A stretch of 64,000 nt of DNA, taken from assembly GCF_004010195.1 (NCBI RefSeq), contig NC_057750.1:18107466-18171465 (forward strand), in the 5' to 3' direction. Below the pieces are notes generated by a model. That model worked only from the letters and a program-made list of their open reading frames with translations. It searched no databases and was not told the origin of the DNA. Positions 40,601 through 52,600 of the stretch are shown one piece after another (positions within the stretch are counted from its first letter, which is position 1; each line of letters starts with the position of its first letter). Position numbers and translations under genes: made by a program. The DNA is from Chiloscyllium plagiosum. Its lineage: Eukaryota.

Positions 40601-43600
40601 GACAAATAAATACTTGGAAAAACCTCTTTAGAAGTGTCTGGAATAATGCATCATTAACAGATAGGAAAACATGAAGCCTTTCAGAACAATAAGGCTTAAT
40701 GGACTGTTAAGCCTCCTGTTTTTATTTAGCAGAACAATTCTGTAACACACAAAGAAGCAGGTAACCCTCAATGTAAAGATGCACTGCAAAAATTCACCAA
40801 TGCCTCTTGGACAACATCTTCCAAACCCACCACCACTACCGTTGAGAAGGACAAGATAAATGGGAACATCTCCACCTGTAAGTTCCCCTCCAAGCTACTC
40901 ACCATCTGAACTTGGAACAAAATACTTGACCATTGCTCCAATTCCTGGAAAAAAAACCCTTAACTCCCTTTCCAGCAGCACTGAGAGTGTACCCACACTC
41001 CAAAGGTCTGCGGGAGTTCAAGAAAGGTGGTCACCATCATCATCTCCAGGACAATTAGGGTTGAGGAACAAATAGGCAAAAGTGAGGACTGCAGATGCTG
41101 GAAACCAGAGTTTAGATCAGAGTGGTGCTGGAAAAGCCCAGCAGGTCAGGCAGCATCCGAGGAGCAGGAAAATCGACGTTTCGGGCAAAAGCCCTTCATC
41201 AGGAAATGCTGGCCTACCCACATTCTATGGACAAATTTAAAATATAGGTGGGAGATTATGGATGAAAAATGTTTTACACAAAATGAACAACAGGTGTCCC
41301 CCTCTATCAATCATTGAAAACAAAGATGACACGTAGCAAGCAGTTAAGGCAGCATAAGGTAGTTTGAGTACTGGAACAAGGAAATCCTATTATAGTTGTA
41401 CAGGGGTAGGTAAGATTAAGCCTGGAATACTGTGCACAGTTTTCATCTCCTTATCCAAGGAAGGATATATATGCTAAATGGGGATGTGCAGTAAAGTTCA
41501 CTTTACTGTTTTCTGGGAATGACAGGTTTATTATATGAGGAGATTTTGGGTCTGGATTCACCAGACTTTAGAAGAATGAGGGAGGATCACTTTGAAAGGT
41601 AGTGTATCCTGATTCGCTCGATAAGCTGGATGAAGCTTCCCCCAGCGGGTGGACTGATTCAGAACAAAGGGTCACAGTCGCAAGATACAGGATAGGCCAT
41701 TTCAAACTGGGGATGGAGGGGAGGAGAAAATTGGTGAACCTTGAACTTCTCTACAACAGAAGCCAACAGAGGCCAAGTCACTGAACATGGTTAAGGAAAA
41801 AATAGATTTTTTAGAAGCTGAGCATGTCAAGAGATATAGGGAGAAAATAGAATATGGCATTGAGATAGGGAAACAGTCATGATCACATTGAACAGCAGAT
41901 TGGACTCAATGGGCCCAGAGGGCTATATCTGCTCCTTTTCTCCAAAAGTGAACAATTAACCAGAAATCATTTAAATATTTATTGAGTTCTGTTCTGTAAG
42001 ATAACTATGCCAGAATCATGTAGAGTATGCAGATTTACATATCACAGAGTGAAGTCTACTCTAAGTTCTTTGCACATGAAATGGCTTCAGCTTTCCTACT
42101 CTGAGAAGGTACTAAGTGAATACTGAATTCCTACACAGAGACAAAGGGAAGGATTATTACATTATTAATATCAAAAACTAGCCTCAACTTCAAACACTAA
42201 ATTATGACATCAGATCATGCAGGTCTTAGCAGACCTTTTGAATCGAGTTTCTAGTTTATCTGATTTTTAAAAAATATATCTGTTAAGATGCACCATGCCA
42301 CATGTCTGTGGTTAGCACATCAGAGGTGGGATTTGAACCTGAACATGTAATACTAGACCCTTATAGCTCTCGTTTATATATAGTCACACAGCAAAATCCA
42401 TAGGAAACACTATTGTTATTGTGCATCCTCTCAGCAGTTTCTTGTTTTACAACACTTAGAACATTCTGGATCATAGAGGTCTTCCCTCCTGCCAAGTAAC
42501 CTATGGTACACAGTACTTATAACTATCTGCTAATTGGACCAGTTCTGCAGAGTAGAATAAATCCTTGGAAGTTTAAGTGCCTCATGGAGGCAAAGCATCT
42601 AGCAAAGAATTTGGAAGCAGATTAGCTTCCCAATTCAAACTCATTCCTTGAATTCTGCTTCAGGAAAATACTGGACCACGCAGTTCTATCAAAAAGAAAA
42701 ACCACTATGAACTTTAATAATAATGAATTCCTCATGCAGTTTATGCATTACCAGTTTTTTTCTCACAGAATTGCTAGTGTGGAAACAGGCTGTTTGGCCT
42801 AACAGGTCCACACCAACCCTCTGAACAGCATCCCATCCCTCTACCTTATCCCGTAACCCGCCAGTTTTCCCTGGCTTATCCACCTAACTACAAATTCTTT
42901 AATTTAGCATGGCCAATCCACCTAACCTGCATATTTTTGGACTGTGGGAGAAAACCAGAGCACCTGGAGGAAACCCACTTAGACACAAGGAGAATGTGCA
43001 AACTCCACACAGACAGTCGCCTGAGGGTAGAAGTGAACCTGGGGCCCTGGTGCTGAGAGGTAGCAGTGCTAACCACTGAGTCACCGTGCCATCCCATTGC
43101 TTCCCCAAAATATCAATTTTTTTTGTAGGTTACTTTACACACACTGGAGGTAGGACTTTCTGGACCTACATGCCAAATGCTGCCAGAGGCAACACATGCA
43201 GCTCTTGCCAGTATCCGTACACAAACGGAACTCCAAAAGGGGTTAACTGTTACTAACAGAAGAACCCAAGCCAGTTGCCATACTACCCGACTCTAAGGGA
43301 ATGTGAAAGTCTGCAGCTTAGGGGTTATCTAATGAATAGATCAGTGAATTGAGCAACAAAGAGGAGATCTATAGTCAATCTCTAAGAGCTAGGCTAAAGT
43401 GAGGACTGCAGATGCTGGAGATCAGAGTCAAAAGGTGTGGCACTGGAAAAGCATAGTAGGTCAGGCAGTATCCGAGGAGCAGGAGAGTGGACATTTCAGG
43501 CATAAGCCTTTCATCAGGAATGTAAAAGCTGACTGGGAATATTGATCAATAATTTAAAATTCAGCTATTCACAATGCTAATCATTCGAAAGGGTTTTCTA

Positions 43601-46600
43601 TACCTACCAGTATTTCCACATCAATTTCATTCACATCATCTGCATTTATATCAAAATCTGAATGACTGCCAAAGTCAGAGCTCCCAATGGACGACTCTCT
43701 TCCTACAGTGAAGAGAGCATCTTCATCTTTACCATTAAAAATCTTTCTTCTTAAAGCAGTGGAATCGTAACCATCAGGATTCGGTGGTTCCTGGTAATGC
43801 TTCTCTTTGAGGTCCCCTGCAATCTTAGGTGGAAAAAGACAGTTGGCTTTTAATTCATCTTGCTCCCAGTCAGGTCCTCCTATGCAATCTGTATCATGGC
43901 TTTCTGATAAAGCAGAAACCATGTTGCCTTTCGTTACTGCAGTGTCAGGTGGGTTGCTGCTTTCAAGCCATTGTGGTTCAGAAGGTTTCTGAAATGTTAA
44001 TCCTCTTGCCCCCGAGGTCTTCTTAACACTAAAGAAGTGCCCATCTTCTGCTTGGTCCTCAACTGCATCAGATCTTGTATCTACAAAAGAGATAGCTGAT
44101 CAATTCAACTCTGCAAATATTCAATGGCTTACTGCTGTGAAATATTTGTGACAATGTTCTATGTGGTTCCACCACTACCTGTATGATATTGTCAGGCATA
44201 GCCTTTACTGACCGGGTAGAAATAACTAATTTATTTTCTAAGTTTTAATGTCCTTCTGAAAATCTGTTGGTTTAGTGTGTGTAGTTAGGTAACATTAGAA
44301 CATAAAAGATGGATGTATGTGAATCTGTGAATACGTTCCTAATGAAGCATTACCACCAGGATTCAGAGGAAGTGGATAATTCCATGTCTATGTAGCCATA
44401 AAAAAGTACAATCCAGCAACGAACTGGTCATAAATGATTAATTTAATATTCTAAAGTGCACAATTTTATAAAAATAGTTGAAGTTAAATATGTTAAGTTT
44501 TGAAATGATGATGGACTGGCTAACTAACAACTCAAATTCTTAGTATGACTTTAAAGCTCACAACATTGACTTGTCATATTATACCAAAACAAACACAAGA
44601 ACTGTCAACAGAAATGATGAAAAAAAAAGCACAGATTTTCAGGTAAAGGGGAAAAGTTGGGAGTGGGGGGGGGGGAAGGTTATATTGTACAAGTGTCAAT
44701 TAAGCTTTACTTGAAATCCAAAGACTATTATATATTGCAGAAAGCTAACAGCAATAAAACTTCAGGTCTGGGATGAGAGTACAATTCAACTTTAAAATAA
44801 AAAATTGATACCCTCTGAATAAGGCTTGACCATCTGATGGTAAAATGTGCATTTTTTTTACTTAATGTCAAGGACATCACTTTTCATTTAATAGTCATGG
44901 AGGCATACAGGCCCTTCAGCGCAACCTGTCCATGTTGACCAGGTTTCCTAAACTAAGCTAGTTCTACTTTCCAGTGATTGGCCCATATCCCTCTACCTTT
45001 CCAAACTATGTACCTGTGCATAACTCTTAAATGTTGTAATTGTACCTGCCACTACCAGTTCCTCTGGCAGCTCATTCCATATACACACAATTCTCTGCGT
45101 GAAAAACTTGCCTCTGGGGTCCCTTTTAAATCTTTCCCCTCTCATCTAAACATATGGTTTCAGGTTTTGGACTCCCCTATTCTGGGAGAAGGTTTTGGCT
45201 ATTCACATTTATGACCCTCATGATTTTATAAACCTCTATAAAAGGTTCCCGCACCTCCCCCCCCACCACTGCAGGGAGTAAGTCCTAGCTTATCCAGTTT
45301 CTTTTTAATTACTCAAACCTTCTAGTCTCAGTAACAACCTTGTAATTTCCTTTTTTGCACCCTTTCCGAATACCTCCTTTTATTTTCATTCGGTTGCTGT
45401 AAGAGAAGTGGCTGTATTTATAGTTGAGCATGGATAGTATATGAAAAACAAGACACGATCAACAACCAATTAGATTGTGATCTTTTCATTGTCAGGTGGC
45501 AGCATCACCAGAACAACCCATTTCTGGCTGTCAAGTGATGGTGATAGGCCTTCCTCAATTGCGACAGAGCAATGGTATTCTTAACAGCAATTGCTCCAAT
45601 TGAGTAGCTCGTTGAGCCAGTTCGGACAGAGAGGTTAAGATGTGCGTCTAGAGTGATCTATAAGCCAGACTGTGTAAGGACAGTAAAATTCCTACTTATA
45701 CTCCACAACCACCTGATGAAGGAGCAGCGCTCCGAAAGCTAGTGCTTCCAAATAAATCCACTGGACTATAACCTGGTTTTGTGTGATTTTTAACTTTGTA
45801 TACTCCAGTACAACAGCGGCATCTCTAAATCATTCTACTTGGAAGGTCATTCCAGAATAAGCTGGATTTTTACAATGAGAAAATAGCTTTACAGTCACTT
45901 TTATGGATACAATTTCATCTTTTCTTTTAAAACTGAACTCAAATTCTTAAACTGCTGTGGTCTGTCCAGTAGTATGCTATCATACCCATAATGGATTCCT
46001 TTAATCATAGTTGGATTTAAAATTTGTTACATTAATAGCACTATACAGTTGCCTGCCTTCATTCTGAAAACTATATTTGAGGCAAAAGGAAAGGCAGTCT
46101 TCTAACTCATTACTTCCACAAATCTGTCAAAATTCGATTTGGCTGTCAACTTAATGATAAATCAGTATGAGCATTGCTTAAAAAGAAGCTTGCACTCAGG
46201 AAAGTTCACAAGAATACCAATTAAAGAGGAAAATATGGCAATGCCTCGACCAAATAGAATGCACTTGCTACCCAGTCAACACACTCTTCTCATGGAGTGT
46301 AAATGTTTTTTTCCATCAAATTGACATTCTTGCAAGAAACAGCTCAAAAAAGCACAACTTTATAGGAATTACAGAATTATAAAACATTATCTTCAATAAC
46401 ATTCAAGAGAGAGTAGCACTCAAATCACCAAACATTTCCTTGTGGCAACAAACATATCTACAAATTGAAGACATGAGAACTAAAGTTACTGATTCATATG
46501 AAGTGCTGAAATTCCTTTTAGAAAAAGAAGCAAGTCATACCCGCTAAAAGTGAAATTTCCTCTAACAATTTTTTTTGCTTTTTCTTTAACAGCTCCTTTT

Positions 46601-49600
46601 CCTTGAACAGTTCTTCTGATTGCATATCCAAGTCACTGATTACATCAATGGCCTGGAAAGATAAAATCAAGACAAAAGCACATGACTAATATACTAATAG
46701 ATACTACTGAAGCTAGAATCACCATAAGCACTTTGATAGACAACAGTGTAAGAAACCTCTAGCATGTAACAGGGCTGTTTTGTGACACTTTCAGTGGAAT
46801 GGAATATTGCAACAGAACAATTTAATCACTTCATAAACAGAAACATCAGGAAATCCAGTTGAAAAAGCTACCCCATTTGTATTGGTGTAATTTCATCATG
46901 GAACTTGTTCTCAAATGCTAAAAGCAAAATTGTTGCAAAAAATCTTCAAATTAAATACTTTAATGATCATTAGGATGTGCTACAGCGTGAGACTGAAGTC
47001 AACAGTACAAAGAAATCTCAAATCAAAATACATTGTTTGGGGCAGTTTTTGCTCAGGCATCATTCTCCTCCAGCCGTGTCCCCCCCCCCAACCACAAACA
47101 GCACCAGTGGCTACATATAGATGCTTACAGTTTGAAGAAACGGTGTGGGTGGAAGGACAAAAATAAAGAGTAGAATTTTATCTTCTCTGAGGGTTGTATG
47201 ACTATGGAACACTGCATCACAAGAGGGGAGGCAAGATCGTTGAATATTTTTAAGACACAGATTCCTCCTATGCAGGTAGAACAAGGATTAGTGGGGGATT
47301 GATGGGAATGTGAAATTCAAAATACTGAGATCAGTCATGATCTTACTGAATGGCAGACAGACTTGAGCAGCCAAATGGCCTACTTCTTCCCCTAGTTCAT
47401 ATGAGAGGAAGGAATGCTGGGATGGTGTCGCTGGATATAGTTCATTTTGATGATTTCTCCTTCCCTTTTATGCTATTGGTACAAGAGTTTAACTGTAGTA
47501 CCTCTGTATAGCCATAAGAGTTTTGTGGCACTTGTCAAAGCATGTGAGGATTCTCCTTGGGTATTCTGAATAATATTTATTCCCCAATCAACATCATTTG
47601 AGCATTTATCTTATTACTTTCCTGGGATCCTGTCAGGCAAATATCAGCTGCAAAAGACTTTCAGGTCTTTTGGTCACTGAAGGAGTTCTAAATGATACTT
47701 TGGGGCATTCACATAATGGAGTGAATCAAAGACAGATCGGTGGACTTTTGTGCATTAAGGGAAGCAAAAACGTATTGATGCAATGTGGGAAGGTGGATTT
47801 GAGATAGGAGGAGGATGTCATGAAGCGGAAGCCAGGTTGTTGCACTGTCAAATACAACTGAGCATCATGTCACATAAGATATTAGGACAGATTGGGTGGT
47901 GGGGGGGAAAAGAGCGAGAGTGGAGTTGGAATGATAACCAAGTCTGTAGGTGCGCAAACATTGGCTGAGTGGTTGACACTGAGGTCACAGGAGGATGCAA
48001 ACAAATTGGTCAGATGCGCAGATCAGAGGCAGGTGGAACTTACTCCTGATAAATGCAAGGTGATGCACTTGTGAAGAAAGAACATCACAAGGGAGTACTT
48101 AATGAATGGCAAGAGAGTAGGAAGCTCAGAGGAACACAGGGCTCTTGTTGTGCCTGTCCACAGATTCCTGAAGGTGGACAGTTAATAGGGAACTAAGGAG
48201 GCATATGGGACACTTGCCTTTATGAGTTGTGGCATAGATAAGAGTAGAAAGGTCATATTGGAGCTGTACAGGACTTCATCAGGCCACAGTTGGAGTACAG
48301 TGTGGAGTTCTGGTCACTACAGTAATTCAAAGGATATGACTGAACTGGAGGAATTGCAAAGGAGATTCACTAGGATGTTGCCTGTGATGGAGCATTTCAA
48401 TCGTAAAGAGAGGCTGGATAAGCTTGGGTTGTTTTCTTTACAGCAGACAAGATTGAGTGGTACCTGATAGAGGTGTGTAGGATTATTGACAGGGCGGATA
48501 GAAAGCAGCTGTTCCCTTTAGCTTAAGGGTCAATAATAAGGGGTCATAATTTTAAAAGTGAAAGGCAGGAGGTTCAGTGGGGATCTGAAGAAAAACCTCT
48601 TCACCAGAGGCTGGAATGCATTGCCTGGAATGGTAGTTGAGGCAAGAAACCTCCCAACATTCAAAAAAAAATTGGAAATGTCAAAATATTCTTGGTAGTG
48701 TAGATGAGCAGAGAGATCTCGATGTTCAGGTACACAGATCCTTGAAAGTTACCACCCAGGTTGACAGGGTTGTTAAGAAGGCATACAGCTTTTATTAATA
48801 GAGCGATCGAGTTCCAGAACCATGAGGTTATGCTACAGCTCAAAACTCTGGTGCGGTCACACTTGGAGTATTGTGTACAGTTCTGGTCACCGCATTATAA
48901 GCAGGATGTGGAAGCTTTGGAAAGGATGCAGAGGAGATTTACTAGGATGTTGCCTGGTATGGAGGGAAGGTCTTATGAGGAAAGGCTGAGGGACTTGAGG
49001 TTGTTTTCGTTAGAGAGAAGAAGATTGAGAGTTGACTCAATAGAGACATACAAGATAATCAGAGGGTAGATAGGGAGAGCCTTTTTCCAAGAATGGTGAC
49101 GGCGAGCACGAGGGGACATAGCTTTAAATTGAGGGGTGATAGGTATAGGACAGTTTAAGTTGTCATTGGACAAGCATATGGACGTACATGGAATAGCGTA
49201 GGTTAGATGGGCTTCAGATTGATATGACAGGTCAACACAACATCAAGGACTGAAGGGCCTGTACTGCGCTGTAATGTTCTATGTTATATGGGTCTAATGT
49301 GAGAAAGTGGAACTAGTGTAGGTAGTAGTATATTTTTGGTGGTACAGACTCGATGGGACAGAGAGCCTCTTCCATTCTGTGATTTTACAATTCTCTCCAC
49401 AGATACTGCCAGACCTTCTGAGTTTCTCTAGCATTCTGCTTCAGATTTCCAACATTCACAATATTTTGTTTTTATTCTAGAAATAGGAGGTGGTCAAAGA
49501 TGGATCCCTGGGAAGCTTCTGAGGTAAATGAGGCAATGTACTGGAATCCATTAGTAAAAAAAGATCAAGCCTGGTTCTTACATTAACTTACAGCAGCTTG

Positions 49601-52600
49601 TTCTGACTAGCTGCATCCAGAGGGCCAGAAGTCAATACATTTTAACACTGACAACATAGAAGCAAACACTCATGAAAGGGGCAGCTTAGGAGATAATAGT
49701 TATGTGAATTTCAAGATATTAACTGTAATATACAAAGATTCAGCAAATCACACTTTAAATAAAAAAGTTGGCAACATACTATCAAAAAAAACTATAGTGG
49801 GGTCAGAAATGGTGAAGAGTTCCTTTTTGGAAAGAATAATCTTTAAACTTCATCTAAACAAACCTTAGTGAGAATGGCACCCTTTGGAGCCTTTTTGTCA
49901 TTGAATACAGTGCTCTCCAATAATTTAAAACGATTTTCCATCAACTTGCGTGATTCTCGTTCTCTCAATGTGTGTGATGTTGCCTTCCTGTTGGCTATCC
50001 AACCCCTAGATGGCTCACTGCACTGCTGTAGAATTAAAATCACAAAGTACCAAGTCATGACAAAATGTAAATGCAATAGCATTGAATAATTACTGCCAAG
50101 CAAAAACTTGTGCATGTTTTTAAACATTTTATATTCCTCAACTTGCCTATCAACTTGAAATTTCTGATTATTTCAAAATTTAAATTAATTGCTCAATTCC
50201 TGCAAGAGGAGAAAAAAATAGTTATTTCCTTTAATTATCTCCTACTTCATTTTGACATGTTCTCCCCTTTTGTGCAAATGCAAACGTTTGTCTCTTTCAC
50301 TTTATTCAGCTCGGTCAGTTTTCACTCCCTGTGAGTCTCCAAAACATTTTATTTGCACTTCCTCTCACCTTCTATACAAGTCCACAGTGTCAATCACTGT
50401 TACCAATAGAAATAAAACTAGCTTGTTCTCTACCCAGTTTATAAAAGCCTAGTGAACGTCTGAAAAAAAGTCATTTACCTCAAATACCACTCCACAATGA
50501 GGTACAACTAGTTTCACGTTTAGAACTATGGCTACGATTGCTCAGAACCGAGTTTGAAGATGCCAGCCAGGAGGGTAGTAGCAACACAAAAACTACAAAC
50601 GTTTTTGCCTACGTTTATATGCCAGTGAGTATATTTCATTAAATTCATCACCAGTCAACGAGCAGCTTACATCCTACTAACTGCCATTCATTATCCCTGA
50701 CTCTTCCACCTAGTTGAATGCCATCAAGATCTTTGTAATAGTGCAGACTACTCTTTCACAGAGTTGAAAGCAGATAGTTATAGTATGGTTGACGACCTAT
50801 ATTTTTGACTTTTGGACTAATAGTTGTTTGAAGGGAATACCCAAAGACCCTGATGAGGAGAATATACTTATAGGTGTAGATGCACAAGAAAGACTTACTC
50901 CAGATGAGTAACCTGAAGCTTTGCATCTTCAACAGAAAGAACACAATCAAAGGGTTTGTCCATGCTGCATGTTGGAGGATGAGATCAAAACATTCTCACA
51001 TTTTACAGTAAGTGTACTGTTTGCAAGAACTTGCTATCACTCTAGCAAGTGTTCATCCTAACAGGTTCCCAAATGTTTAGATCAGTGGTGTGGAAAAGCA
51101 CAACAGGTCAGGCAGCATCCGAGCACGAAAATCGACGTTTCAGGCAAAAGCCCTTCCTGCATCTGCAGTCCTCACTTTTGCCTAGGTTCCCAAATGTGGC
51201 CAGTTTTCTGATGACAACTAACGACCACCCTGCAGAATAATGATGTTCCTGATGTTATATATTTGGATTTTTAGAAGGCATTTGATGAGGTACCACACAC
51301 ATTCAGCTCTTACCTTATTAAGTAGCCTATGGTGTCGTAGTATATTAGCATGGAAACAGAATTGTACAACCAATGGAAGACAGAGTTGAGGCAAAGGGAA
51401 TATTGTCAGGATGACAACCTACAACTAGTGTACAGGCACAGAGATCAGTCTCACAATTACTTACACTATATATTAATGACATGGACGAGGCAAGTGAATA
51501 TATGAAAGCCAAGTTTGTGGAAGGCAATAACCAAGACGACAAGAGTTACACAGGGATATAGACTGGTTAAGCAAGTGGGCAAAAATTTAGTAGATAGGAA
51601 AATGTAAACTTACGTGCTTGTCAAGAAGAATAGAAGAGTTGAATATTATGTATTTTGAGACTGACCACAAACAGCAGAGAGAGATTTGGGAGTCTTCGCG
51701 CATAAAGCACAAGAAGCTAGATCCAAGTTCAGTGAGTTATAGGGCATGCAAATGGAACGTTGGCCTTTATTTCAAAGGGAATGGAGTACAAAAGTATGGA
51801 GGTATTACTAAAACTAAACAAGGCACAAGTCAGACCGCAGCTGGAATGTTGTGGATAGCTTAGGGCCTCTTATCTAATGGAAGATATATTGGCATTGGAG
51901 GCAGTCCATCTAAGGCTCACTAAGCTGATCCTGGGTATGGAGGGACTGACTTGAGGAGAAGTTGAGTAGGTTGGGCCTGTACTCGTTGGGATTCTTATGA
52001 CAAGTAGATGTGGAGAGGTTGCTTTCTCTTGTGGGAGTTCCTAGGACTTAAGGAGTCACCCACTTAAGACGAGGAGGGATTTCTTCTCAGAAGATGGTGA
52101 ACGTGTGGAATTCTTTACCACAAACAGCTGTAGAGGCTAGGTCATTAAGTGTATTCAAGGCTGAGGTAAGGTTTTTACAATCTGTAAGGAAATCAAGGTT
52201 ACGGTGAAAAGGCAGGAAAGTGTTGAGGATTATCAGATCAACCACAATCTCATTGAGTCTGTTCCACCAATCAATAGGCTACTTTTGTTCCCACATTTTA
52301 TGATCTTATGGAAAGTTCAAAACAAAGACAAAAAAGTGACATACGGACTTTGGTATATATTCACTAGCAATATTCCTTTTTAAAGAATTCATGAAGCAAA
52401 TTGCAGGGAGATGGAGAAAGCTCCAAAAAGCAGCACTAATCGGTCTGATCTGTGAAAGAGCTGGACGGACTGCTATACTTTTCCAGTGTTAGGAATTGAA
52501 CAATACAATGCCAGAGTTCAGCTGCTCCATACGATGCTACTGACTTACCAGCCAGCATGTCTCGCTGGTTCATTCGGAAGTAGCAACTGCAAACATCTAA

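Noticed and set aside
50369..50926. Several 28-29-nt AG..GT segments as possible A/B exons for repeat 2
   Set aside because: No similarity to the A/B exons, weak acceptors, and not needed for frame.
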